NCBI GenBank assembly: GCA_000320545.1
Contig: ADNK01001384.1
Span: 1-64,000 of the forward strand
Source of the DNA: Bigelowiella natans CCMP2755
Lineage: Eukaryota > Protista > Cercozoa
Length of the DNA: 64,000 nucleotides
Direction: 5' to 3'
In this document: positions 23,644-36,632 of the stretch, in pieces
Position numbering within the stretch: the stretch's first letter is position 1
Layout of the letters: the number at the start of each line of letters is the position of its first letter
The notes under the pieces: generated by a model
Database searches by the model: none
What the model was told of the DNA's origin: nothing
The model's input: only the letters and a program-made list of their open reading frames with translations
Program-made: the position numbers and the translations under genes

Positions 23644-23777
23644 TCTTCTTCCTCTCCTGTGCGAAAAGGCCTTCACTATATGCTTCGAAGACATACAGCA
23701 GCTTTACAACCGAACGATGGATCTCTTCAACCTGAAGGTGGTGGTGGTGGTGCTAGCAGTAGAAGTAGTAAGTAGAG

Positions 23778-23811
<34 letters not shown>

Positions 23812-25341
23812 AAGTAGGGCTCATGGAAATGTTATTGCTGCTAATGATGATGATGAGGACCGAATGTGAGTACATCTGTGTCAAGACTGGTGAATGTGTC
23901 GTCAATGCCCGGCTCTCTCCTCGTACTTTCTCTTCCTCCTCCTCCTCCTCCATCAACCCTCCCATCCACTCATCTATCATATCGAAGGTCAATCGTGAGA
24001 AGAAGGTTTCAAAGTACGCGGAGGAGATCCAGGGCTTGTGGCAAAGGCTGGGCATTTCCGAGAAGGAAAGGGCTCAGTTCATGTCTTCCCTATCTGATCT
24101 CAGCCCGATTACAATTCTCAATGTACTTCTGCTAGTAGCAGCACCAGCTGTCGTTGTTTTGTCGTTGTAGCGAAGCAAGTAGTGAGGAGGAGGAGGGGGG
24201 GGGGCATCATCTGTGTGTGCGTGTTGTGTTGTGGATGAAAGTGGCGGTGGTTGTTGATGTTGTGGTGGTGTTTTATGTGCTACCCCACTAGTGTAAAGCA
24301 GAGCTGGAAAGACTCAAGGCCTTGCGAGATGAGCATGTTAAGGATCAGATTGCCCGCCACAAGACCGCCATCGGAGAGTTATGGTTCGTTGGTGCTGTGA
24401 TTCGATGTGCTGCTACATCCTCCCTCCCCTCCCCTGCCCTTTCCTTCTTGCTAGAAATCATTTGAAAATCATCATCCGTGTACTGTGTTTCTATGCCTTC
24501 AGGGACGAGATGGGTATACCTGAAGACGAGAGGAAGCAGTTTTCTCCTTTTTTCTCAGGTAGAGGCGCTGGTTATGTGTTTGCGCGTGTTGTGAAAGAGA
24601 AGGGGGAGGGGGGGGGGGGGCTTATTTTTTGGAGAGGAGATGATCTATCCCTAAGAGACGGCGTTGATTTCTGACGATACAAACGTTAACTGGTATATGC
24701 AGAGCATTTCACTGATGAAACGGTTGAGTGCCTCAAGGAAAAGGTTGAAGAGTTGGAGACCAGTGCAAAGGACATGAGGTGGCAGAGCCGCTAGCAGCAG
24801 TAGTAGTAGCAGTTGCCGTCGTATGGTTGCGGAGACTTCAAACGGACAGAATACTGATAACCCCCTCCCCCACCCACCCCACGCAGACCAATTCTTAAGC
24901 TCGTGAAGCAGAGGGAAGAGCTTGTTCGCGAAAAAAGGTAGTAACAATAAGATGCTAGCTGACATGCATTATACATGGACGCCCCCGCGCACACGCACAC
25001 ACGCACATCGGCCTGCGTCGCCATCGGTCAAATCAAATAACCATTCCGATGAAACTCCTTCGGGGCGAGGTTTCTTCTTTCTTATTATTATTCGTCGTCG
25101 TCGTCGTTGTTCTCGTCGTAGGGATTTGGACGCCAAGGTGAAGGAGCTAGGAGGAGAGAGGTTCAGGATTAGAGGTAAGACTCGCTTCTAGTAGGAGGAG
25201 GAGGAGGAGGAGCTGTGTTGTTGTTAGAGTGGTGGTAAGAAATGATCGGAGCGTTGATGCCACTGATAAAAAGCATTCAATTAAAAAAAGCCGTTTAACA
25301 ACAACTTATCACGTTTGTATATGATGTGTATTCATAAGTCT

Positions 25342-25398
<57 letters not shown>

Positions 25399-25464
25399 TG
25401 TGTGTGGATGCTTGTCGCAGGTTTCATGATCCGTGAAGGCAAAATTCGGGAAAGGTACAAAGTG

Positions 25465-25503
<39 letters not shown>

Positions 25504-25898
25504 ATGGTCTATCTAGCAGCAGCAGCAGCAGGCAGCATCGTTGTGTGAGGAAGCTCTTCCCTCTTCCTATTTCTCCTCAAAAGTGCTTGGCTGACTCAAA
25601 GCCATGTTTCCGTTCTTACCAGATTCGCGAAGAAGCTGCCCTCAATCCTCAAGAAGTTGAAGGCTCTGCTCTCAGGCTGGGAAGATGAGAACAAGCGTGA
25701 CCTCATGTACGTGGCCTATGGATGATGATAACGATGACGATGGCGACGATGGTGGTGGTGATCATGGTGGTGGTGTTTGTGGGTGATGGAAAAAGCGCGA
25801 TTGGGAATGCGTTTCGGTAGGAGAATCCTAAAATATGCATCGCTTATCACAGGTATAAGGGCGAGAAGGTATCGAGCATCATCTCGCAAAAAGTGTAG
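20510..25898 (+). CDS. MAP65/Ase1/PRC1-family microtubule cross-linker; multi-exon
   Basis: Exon peptides IQGLWQRLGISEKERAQF, KAELERLKALRDEHVKDQI...ELW|DEMGIPEDERKQF, RPILKLVKQREEL, MIREGKIRER, KKLPSILKKLKALLSGWEDENKRDLM|YKG; stop TAG at 25896-25898. Confidence 0.85.
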
Positions 25899-26249
25899 GG
25901 TGAATACCCCGACCCCCCGTTGAATGAATGACTCCTCACTGCCCTCGTGTTCTTGGCGTCTTCCCGCCGTGTAGACCGCTCGTTGCCGTTTAATTTCTGC
26001 ACTGTAAACATATAGCCATGCACAGTAGATGTTGTCTGCTGCCCTATTCACGCACTGGAAGTAAGCAACCATGCTTGAATGCGGTCATCCATTCGCACAG
26101 CATCTATAAAGTTATCATTTTGGAGTGCTCTATATTACGTCGATACGTCGATCATGTTTTACGCCGCATGGCTTTGTACGCTAGTACGTACGCACCGCTA
26201 TGTATGTTATTATGGATGTTTGCGGGCAGCAGCTACATTTGTGTCGCAT

Positions 26250-26720
26250 AGACTCTAGCTAGCTAGCAGCATGCTAGCATGGCGGCCAGACTCTAGGAAG
26301 CTAGCTAGCTAGCTACCAGACACCAAATCCAGAAATGTTAAAATGTCAAGCTAGCAGGCGCTAGTAGTATGCTGCAGAGACAGAGCTAGAGAGCGAGACG
26401 TCTACGCCATCTAGCCATGCTAGCATGCCCTAACTAGATAATATTTTTACGCCAACACATGCAGATATTGCTAGATTGACGTACGCTCTACGTAATGCTT
26501 CTGGAGCTCGTCGTGCAGATTAGATGTAGCTGTGTAAGCTAGCTAGCTAGGCATAATGAAAGCATACTCTAGTACTATACATGCAATGCAATGATGCTAG
26601 AGCGTTATCATTACAGCTCGCCACAACAGGCTAAAGCAAACTTGTACAGGCATGACACGCTTTGGTGCACATGACTCATGGCATACAACGTGCGTATATT
26701 TAGCTATCTAGCTAACTTCT
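26250..26720. repeat. (GCTA)n/CTAG-rich low-complexity tract between convergent genes
   Basis: Many CTAG/GCTAGC units, e.g. ctagctagctagc at ~26256, 26301 and 26539. Confidence 0.7.
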
Positions 26721-26789
26721 ATCATCTTTGTTATTTCTTCCTCTCTCAGCAGCATTGCCATCATCGTCATCATCATCGTCGTCATCATC

Positions 26790-27402
26790 TTGGCATGACG
26801 ATATCCCATCCCACTTAGAATACCCTAGAGTATCACGTATCGTGCTTTCAACTTCCTCCTATTATAATGAATTATTCCGAACTAAGAAACACGAGAGCGT
26901 TCCACCAATTAAGCTTGTAAATCTTACGATGAGAATACTAGCACTACTCCGGCGCACAGCAACCAAAAAGGTGGGGTAAAACTTTGGAACTAAAAAATAA
27001 TGATCATTCCTTTTGTGGAGAGAATCAATTTGCCCTGCCAGACATGAAATGCATTTTTATGTCTAAAGCAAACATGAAATACCCCACCTAACATTGCATC
27101 GGACGTGCTCTTTTGGGCACAGCAACTGGTAAGAAATTCTAGCAAGCATACATTATCAACTACCTTAATCGATGTGTTCTCCTCGGGGCTAGCTGTGTTC
27201 TTCTTACCCTCCTCCCCCTTCTTCAGCCTCTCTTTACCTGTCACATCTGGCATGTTTTCAGACAATGTCGACTTGGAGGGAGGGAAGCCTTCGTTCTCGT
27301 CTTTGCGCCTTTCAGAGGGTGTGTCTCCGAGCCCTGAAAAGACCAAGAAAGACAGCAATATCAGATTCTTCTTATATGGAATGGGTATTTTCTTTATCTT
27401 TC

Positions 27403-27441
<39 letters not shown>

Positions 27442-28248
27442 TACATAGTTGCACACATGCGGAGGTTTTGTTCAGAAATGTAAAGCCGTTTCAGAAAGGA
27501 GAGGTTTCATAGCATCCTCACTCTCAACGCGACGACCAGGCGCATGGGTGTCGTGTTTCGAGCACAGACGCCGCAGATTGCATTCTTGGGAACTCTATAA
27601 TTTGCCATACCATCAAGATCCAGCTTTGCGATCTCGTCGATGACTTTTAGGCCTACAGAATGTGTAGTCTACCTTAAGAGCATACTGCTCGAATCCATCA
27701 CTCACAAACAACGATTTTACAACAGTCTACTCGTTGGTGGCCGATCTACCACCAGCATCTTCACCGAAGAAAAACACACACACACACACACACACACCCC
27801 TCGATAATCTAGTACTCTTTTGCATGGTTATTGTGTGATCGAAGCCGTTATTCATCATCGTTATCATCATGATCATCATCCTTATCACTGGCCTCCCAGC
27901 AGAAGCATTATCGCGATAATTTTTAGGCACGGCGGCTGATGATTGTGCGGTGTTTCCGTACGGGATTTCTCGGCTATCGTCAGTCCTTGATACTTGTCTT
28001 TCATCTTGCGGAATAACCAGTCATTCTTGACCAGCGACTCTCCTGCCTCATCTGCACGTTTACGTAGCTCCTAGATAGCACCAAAAAGCCCCCAAAACAT
28101 ATTTTTTGAACATTAGGCTAAGGTCTATCAGGTAGAGAACAGCTTGCTTGGCCATAGTAGTCCTGAGGCATATACGATGGCGGTTGAGCAGTCAGCTGCT
28201 CTCTCAATGTACACTACAAGTTTTTGTTACCCATTTAGATTTACATTG

Positions 28249-28291
<43 letters not shown>

Positions 28292-28344
28292 ACAAAAGTT
28301 TTTGTTTTCTCGATAATACCATACTATATATACGCACATATATG

Positions 28345-28375
<31 letters not shown>

Positions 28376-30400
28376 GTTATTCTACACATCATTTGCCATC
28401 ACTGACCACCACCGCTCAATTCCAACCACAGCAGATCGATGATCTACCCCAAAATTCACCCAACCCCCAACCCCTCCTCCTCTCCCACCGGGTTCTCCTC
28501 CTCGGACTGATCCTTTTCGATGAGAGGGTCCTTGTTGCGATATTGGCGTTCTTTTATGTGCTTTAGCATTTTGTAGCAGCCTTCTGGCATGCTGTCCGTA
28601 TTGCGGTCCTCCGACACTAGCCTCTCCTCTTCATCGGGCACGACCTCGCTGCCAGACTCCTCATGGAAGTCCAGCTTCTCGCAGGGAACGGAAGGGGGGG
28701 GGAGGAGGAGGAGGAGGAGGAGTGATGATCACGACTATGACGATGCGATTCATGGATGGGGATATCCGATGTTATTATGACGACTGAGGTGGTTATTGTA
28801 GTGGCGATTAACGTTTCGAAGAGGGCGTGTATATTGTGTTCTTCTTCTTCTTCTTCTTCTTCTTCTTCTCCGTCTGTGCAACTATGTGTATGTGTTTCAC
28901 GGTGATGCTCCTCTGTCATCATCGTCGTCGTCATCTTCTTACAAGTTGGGCTTGGGAAACTGCCAAGGATAAGACCTGAACCAGTAAACTTGGTGTATCA
29001 GCAACATTAGTAGTAGCAGCAGCAGCAGCAGCAGCAGCAGTATGAGGAGTTTGAGCGGGGGGGGGGGTACAATAATATGAAAAGTAGAAATGTGAGGCAA
29101 TTAAAAATGCTCGTAGTAGTTCTGAGGTCGGTCAAGTGGCAGCGGGTCGCTTCAGCAACATTCGAAAAAAATTCTCAAGATCGTGACCGTGGATGACAAG
29201 CCGCCATCCTGAATCTCGTTGCCACCAAGGACTTCATATATTGATTTCACCTTCGACACAACGATAATTGACCCACTTCTGGATGGCGAGGCAACACACG
29301 CCAATATGATTCTGTCTACCTGTGGGGGAGTCAAGGTGCTATTGACTCTACGCAAGAGAGTCTGGAGGTGATTCGGTGAAAACCTTAACTCTTTATCTCT
29401 AATTATTCAAAAGAAGTGTGAGTCTAAATTTGAGGAGAGGGTAGAGCGATTGTATGCTGTCCTACTAATATACTTATTCTTGCATTCCTAGCATATTGAA
29501 TCACTTATTGGTTTTCGAAATAATACTCTCCTATCATTGTTGCTAGTATCATTCGATGATCTGACAAGAATAGGCTGGGATAATGATGATACCCTGGCTT
29601 CGGGAGAAGGGGGAATAAATCCATTGCCACTGCCGCCAGTTGGAAAATGATCTCCTGGAGGAGGGAACTAGTTTATGAACGAAAATTCGACTCGAGCAAA
29701 AGTTTATGTCTCGAATTCTTGATATCTTGTGACAGACGCCCCCCTACGAGTGACAATCATACATTATTTTATTCAGTATACCTTTGGGAGCTTCCTCACC
29801 GCCATTGCTTTTTCACTCGACCCTGTAAATAAATCTTCTTTCATTGATAGCCTTGCTGATGCAATGGAAAGGAAAAACATACTAGTGGTTTCTTCCACTA
29901 TCCGTTCAGGTGTCTTGTCGCCATCATCTGTGCAATTATTATTCAACCAGCAAATCATTGCCCATTCAGGGCACGTGACAGGACAGCTGTGTGAGCCCAC
30001 AAAGCCTCACTTTTTAACAGCCCGCCGCGGAGTGTATGGAATATTCTTGGAAGTATCGTCGATGATCTCGTTCGACGACCGGTACTCACGAGAGGGGGCG
30101 AGCTGAGGAGATAACACAGTGTTATGCAGGTGAGAGCAAGGAGGCGCCCGTTGGCACCCATGTAAACGTGGATTTCAAATCTTCTCCTAATTGCAATAAC
30201 GTCCTTGAGTTTAGTACTGCGACATCAAAATCTGGATTGTCCATAATACATTCTGGAGCGATGATTTCTCAATCCCAAACACATAATGCTTTAAATCTAC
30301 GACATGGATTTCCACGATTTATGTCCTTTATTAGTTCGACAACTATTTTTGTCAGAGACGAAGTGTTACCCAGGGTTGAATAGTGCCGCTAATTCCAATG
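26790..30400 (-). CDS. Uncharacterised multi-exon gene; boundaries approximate
   Basis: Series of minus-strand coding-like segments (e.g. 29152..29355, 28456..28641, 26990..27358, EEVESTIRDTLGYSKWDG) flanked by splice-like sites. No domain recognised. Confidence 0.35.
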
Positions 30401-30646
30401 CCTTTTAGTGCCTCGACACACTAATGGAACTGACGCAGCTAAAACTTTAGGAAGATATAGGGTGTGTTCGCTCGATCTTAAACTTTCGGCAAAATTTGAG
30501 AATCTAAAGTATCTTCGCCACTGTGCCCCCCCCCTCCCTTTCTTTATCACCTTTCATGACCACTCTACTAGATCTATGTACCTTTTTTTTTATATCATCT
30601 AAAATAATATTGTACTTCTATCGTAACAGGAGATCGACTTGACAAG

Positions 30647-31151
30647 ATGATGACTGGAGGATATACCGATTTTCGCAAAGTGCGTACCTTTTGCGAATTA
30701 AGGAACTACTTGTTAAGCCTTCCCATACGTATTTTCAGGCCGAGGAAAAGGAAATTGAGATTGTGAAGAAGATGGCTGAGGATATCGCAAAGAAGATTGA
30801 AAGCGAAGCATTCAAGTGTGATTTTTTGTTCAAACTATGTTGCAAGGTTACTAACTTTCACATCTTAGGTCCTTCAAGGTGACCGGCGTTAAAACCCAAG
30901 TCGTAGCCGGAACTAACTACACGTTCCAGGTAAGATTTTTAAAATATGATTATTAAAAAAATATGTTTCTTACTTCTGAGGGTTGCTGTGTTTACTGAAG
31001 GTTGAGGCTGATGAGCATAAATTGCATGTTACCATCTGGCGCAAACTCGATCAAACTACTGAGCTCACTAAGGTGAATGTCATTGAAATTGAAATTAGGA
31101 GAAATTGTATCATATGATATGATATATTACCTACAGGTTGTTAAAGTTTGA
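30647..31151 (+). CDS. Type-1 cystatin (stefin) cysteine protease inhibitor; 5 exons
   Basis: Spliced: MMTGGYTDFRK|AEEKEIEIVKKMAEDIAKKIESEAFK|SFKVTGVKTQVVAGTNYTFQ|VEADEHKLHVTIWRKLDQTTELTK|VVKV*. Has the N-terminal GG and QVVAG motifs. Confidence 0.92.
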
Positions 31152-33749
31152 TCACCACTGTTGTGCAGTTCGCTTTTCAACTCCCACTCGGCTGATTACT
31201 ATTTTTTTTCCTCTTCGCGTCGACATGTATACAACGAGATACTTCATGGACTACATGTAAAATAGCTCACACCTATTTTGTAAGTCCTTGATGGGAAACA
31301 AGTTAAGTTCACAAACATGTGATTGCGTATGCAAAATCGAGAAGCATGCAGCATGCGCACACAGCTACCATGCTATGCATACGCATCACCATGACATTTA
31401 ACAACAGCGTTCGAACTGTAGACATGCGCAATGTGTTCCATCTGCTAGATGGTGGTGAGCGAGTCAGTTCTTTGCTGGCTCAACAAGGCTAGCTAGCTAA
31501 AATGGTTTGGACACTTGCTGAATGTGCATCTCTGATCGATCGTGTCGCTTGCCAACTTGCCAACAATGGTCTCTGAGGGTGGCTAGCTGCTATAGTTAGG
31601 TGGTGTGATCGGATCGAATTCGTTGCATCGTGCTGCAGACACACCGATTTTTCTTTGTCATTGACCACAACGCAACACTGCAATGCATGAGCCAGCCAGC
31701 TAGCCAGGCTGTGAGCCACATGCGGCTACTAGCAGCTTGCCAAGATAAGTGCGTGTGACAGCACAGCGTTGGGCGGGAAAAAATGATCGAAGCCGAGACA
31801 TCAGATGTCGCGATGAATTGTTGATGAATCCACGTGTGCGCTTGGCTACAAAAGCACGCGTCCAAGTCTGCATCGCACAGGGAGCCCTGGCCAATGGCGC
31901 TCGAAACGTCATCAGTTCGAACAACGAGCTTGATGCAGAAAGTCGTGACAGGCTAGCAGGGGCTAGCCCCCCATCTCGGCTTTTTCAGTGCGTCATCTCA
32001 ATGCTGCGATGACGTAGCGAGTGTTGCGGGTCTGCGATGCAAGTTCACATTCATTGTGTCAACATGCAAGCAACACAACTCCAATGTTAATTTGGCAATC
32101 ACAATGATGCACAGCATGGCTTCTGCTAGTCTGGAATAATTCCTGACTTTTTTTTGATTTTTTCCCAAAAATTGTCATTGTCTGCATGCTGATCTTGGCA
32201 ACCAACCATGCGAGAACGTCACACTTGCAACACCAGAATGCACACATGGCCTCACAGGACCGTGCACAGCATGGAGCGCACCCGGGTTCAGAACACACGT
32301 TCTCCAGGACACATGTGACCAAAGAACAGACGCAGACACATCTACATGTTCGCACGTGTGTGTGCTGTGTGGCCTCGTAGGGCCACAGATGCATCGTCAC
32401 ACAACACTCCAGCACTGCTTGACCCTTCTAGCCTTGCCAGCTTGGCCAGCAGGCCTGCAGTGGACTGGTGGAGGCACTCCAGCACTGTCAGACTGCCGAG
32501 ATTCGCGCATCTGTCAATCGCAGTCGAATGATTTGGGCACAGCCATCACAGCTGTTCGTGTGTGCCAAGTGCGTGAGTTTTGGTGGCACGGCCACACAGC
32601 TGCCTCAAGCTGAAAACAACGAGGGCTCTCTGGTGTGAAAAACAGCACAACGTTGCAAAATTGGAAAACAAGAAACAAGAAACATTGTTGACTTGCTGCA
32701 CTTCCAAAGTGGTGCATGACACTGGAATTGCCGAGGTTGATTTTGTCGCAAGGTGAAGCGCGATGACCTGAGATCCGACAAATTGCAGCTCGATCCACTG
32801 GCAGATCTGAAGTCTGTCGGCAAGTCAAAATCACACACCACCGCAAGAGACTTCCCATCTTCACATGCAAACCAGGGAACAAGGAAATTTCAAATTGCTA
32901 AAAGCGAGACGAAATGATTTGAGACTGTGAAGAATGGCTGTCACCCTCATGGTCGAGCTCTAGACATCCAAATCCAGACGTTCATCAATGGAATTGCGAA
33001 CTCTCATCATCATCAATGCTCTTTTCGTTCAGGCAGTCGGTCAGTGAGTCTCAGTCAGTACCCGGTGATTGGTGATCATGCGACTAATAAGTGCTCCAAA
33101 CAACTGATCACACTTTTCGGACAACCACTGTTCCCACGCCACATTTCGGACATGCACTCATCCCCCTCCGTTTGGGCTGCGGGAACGCAGGAAAATCGCA
33201 TTTATTGGGGAAATTCCCCGTCCTGCTCGAGGTGCTTGATTTACGTTCTTTTTCGATCGGCTTTTCCAGGAAAATGTCCTGCGTTGCTGCCCGGAACTAG
33301 GGAACCATTCAAACATCTGGTTTCCAAAGAGCGCGTATGCAAATTTCACAGGCCTTAGCGACCGACCAGGTTGAATATTTTTGTGACAGTGCATTTTTTT
33401 GTTGTCGCATATGAACATTAAAATCCATTTCATGTGTAGTAAATACGGCTCGACGCAACTTTAAGACTTGGATCTCCGTGCTCTTCTGCTTTGTTCAATT
33501 AAGTCTAGCCCTTCCCCTGATCCAAGACAAAGTTTTTCAGCAACATACCCACGAGAGGATTACTTTATGTTTGTTCATCAGCGAGCAGCCTCGCAGGGCA
33601 ACATCTTTCCCTCCAAGTACGTGGTAAGTCACACTTCATGGGTGCTCCCCCTTCGATTACTTTTTGTTGATCATCTCTGTTTTCGCAGTGCTTCGAGCCT
33701 CGGAAGCAATTTACTAGTCCCGCACCTGGAAAGAGCAGTGTAAGCTCAG

Positions 33750-36222
33750 CTTGGCAGAATCGCCGCGATACCAATAAAGGAAGGAAGTTTAGCATTCATC
33801 AGCCCCGTGGCATCACCGGTGGGAGGGAGGAGTGCTATCGCAACGGACGCCAAAAGCGTTTCGCAACTCGCATCACCGCTCTGCCGCAGAAACAACAACG
33901 AGCCTTACAGGCCTATGATAAAGATCACATGAGCCTAAATTGCGTCCAGTGGACGGACGTGATCATTGCGTTCGGTCGCCTAGGCCGCCAAGATAAGATG
34001 GAGGAGGCATTTTCAAAGATCGAGTGCCCTGATTGTTACAACTGGGGTGCCCTTCTGTCTGGCTACAGCGGTTCTGGCAAGCCTGAGAAGGCCGAAGAAG
34101 CCATGCGAAGCATGAAGTCAGCTGGAATTCGACCAGACAGAGTGACTTTTAGCATCCTCATGCAGGCGTATGCAAAGAAGGGGGATACGGAGAGCTCCGA
34201 GAGAATATTCGCCGAGATGGTGCTCACTGGGGAGATGCCGGACGATGTAGCGTTTAACACCCTTCTTAAGGTAGAGAATACCTGGCTTGCTGTGCAACAT
34301 AACAAATGTCATCCCGCACCCATAAAAATACGTGTCATTTATTGCCTAGGCTTATGCCAAGCGGGGCGATTCCAAAAGTGCTGAAAAGGTTTGCCGCAGA
34401 ATGGAGCAGGCTGGAGTGGACCCTGATATATATACGTTGAACACTTTGATTCTCGCTCACGTCAACCACGAGGATATGGAGAGAGCAGAACGTGTTCTTG
34501 AGAAAATGGAAGAGTTGTCCATCCAGCCTACAGTCTTGACATTTGGCACCTTGATGAAAGGTTACGTTAAGCAGAACCGCGTTGCGGAAGCTGAACGCGT
34601 GCTCTTAGCTATGCACCGGGCCGGAGTAGAACCCAACGTCGTTGCCTACAACACTCTGATCCTCGCGTACGTCAAAAACGGCCAGGTGGCCGCAGCCGAA
34701 AGCATTCTGCAAAAGATGATTGTTATGGGAATCCAGCCTAGCTTGGTCACATTCACCACGCTGATGAAAGCTCATGCCAAACGGGGAAACAGCAAGGACG
34801 CGGAGAACCTGATGCAGCGGATGATGAGGGCAAACATCAAACCAGACAAGTACGCCTTCAGCGCTCTTATGAAGGCGCACATTAACAGCAACAATGTGGC
34901 AAAGGCTGAGGAGGTCCTTTTCCAGATGCGCCAAGCAAAAATAAGACCGAACAGCGTAACATGGACAACCCTCATGCAAGGCTACAGCAACCATGGTGAC
35001 GTAGATAGTGCGGAACGAATTTTTGCTCGGATTTCGGAGCCAGATTGCATCTCCTTCAATACCCTCTTGCAGGCATACGTGAAGTCCTGCGATGAGGATG
35101 GCGCGTGCCATGTTCTTGCCAGAATGCGAAATGCTAACATACAGCAAAATGACTCAACAAGCAAGATTTTACAGCGCCTTAACACCACATCAATGAGAAA
35201 GAGTCAAGAATCCCCCCTCCCTTCCACTTCGAGAGCGGCAATATCGAGGGGAATCTGGGATGGGGAATGCAGCCCCAGGCCGTGTCTTTTCAAAAGCCGA
35301 CAGCCTGTGTCAAAGAGCAGTGATGTGGTAGGAAGAGGAGAGGGCACCTCCAACCTTAATGACCTTACAGAGCGTTTTGCTTCGCTTGTTGTTCGATCTC
35401 CACCCAAGCAGCAACAGCAGGAGCAGCAGCAGGGGCAGGGAAACAACCTGTATATGCAAAAGAATAGCAAAATCCTTTGCAATGACAGTGGCGAGCAAAT
35501 AAGACAGAATCGCCACCTCATCGTTGGAAGGCTCTCTTGCAACAGGGGCTTTGCTGAATGGAGGAACAACGGTGGTCCGAGGATGAGCTTCCTTGGCCAT
35601 TTTGGGGTTCATGGCCATCGTCGCCATCATCCTCGTCCTCCTCCTCCTCATCACCATCATCACTACGATGGTCCATATTATCAACACGAACGGCGTCAAC
35701 AAAGGCCTCACCGCAGCCTGACAAGAAGCTTAAGGAAATTTGACGGTACCATATTGCAGCTCGAGAATTCTAATCGTCACCAGCTACTCCCAAACTATAC
35801 TTATCACCAACACCCACAAATCCAACACCTTGCTCCCCTTCAGTCGCTACAGGACTGGAAAAGCAGCAGCTTTTCATGTCGCAGATTTCCTCCCCCTGAG
35901 ACGGGTGGTGGCCATAATCATCATCATCATCATGATCTTAATCATTATCATCAAGGCGCCTCTTCCTCTAGGCCTCGATCCTACTCAGCTCCGAGGAGCT
36001 CCATCGTCTCCGGACTAACATCATCTTCAACAGCAGCAGGTTCTAGAGGGCCATTACAGCACCATCAATCGCACATTTTCCATCCTGTGTGCTTTCCGAT
36101 TTCCTCTTCAACCGAAAGCTCCCTCACCTCAGACCCCCCATCACCATTCTCGTCACCTACAACTTCCTCCTGCCCTCCCGCTCTTGGACGCTGCAATACC
36201 AGCCAGTCGTTGCATCAATCAG

Positions 36223-36254
<32 letters not shown>

Positions 36255-36632
36255 CTACAACATCCCAACGTTCACGGACATAGAACAGGCCTGAATAATA
36301 CATCTCTCTCAAGCTCGTCATCCCTGTCCTCAGAGCCTTGCTGGACGCCTTTAGTATCTCGGCGCCAACAGCAACAGTACAGCACACCTATTTCAGCGTT
36401 GTTTACTAGTGCTGCTACCAAGAGGAACCCCACCGTTCCTACGATCACATTGGCTTCAATGCCGTCGCCGGTATCTTGCTCGCCATCACCTGCTCCAGTT
36501 GAAAGTACCGCTATTTCTCCTCCTTCCCATCCTCAATTAGTGGCAAGAGCAAGCATGAAAGATACGATATACAGAACAGTTGATTCTTCTCCTCATCATC
36601 TTCAGCAACATCAGCAACAACAACAAAAATAG
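33750..36632 (+). CDS. P-class pentatricopeptide repeat (PPR) protein with long low-complexity C-terminal tail; 5' end uncertain; intron ~34271-34350
   Basis: About 10 35-aa repeats (e.g. PDRVTFSILMQAYAKKGDTESSERIFAEM, PNVVAYNTLILAYVKNGQVAAAESILQKM), followed by a Q/H/S/P-rich region. Confidence 0.92.

Noticed and set aside
32900-33740. Possible small or eroded gene upstream of the PPR gene
   Set aside because: Only short ORFs with no motif or consistent splice chain. If real, it would change the orientation classification of this spacer.
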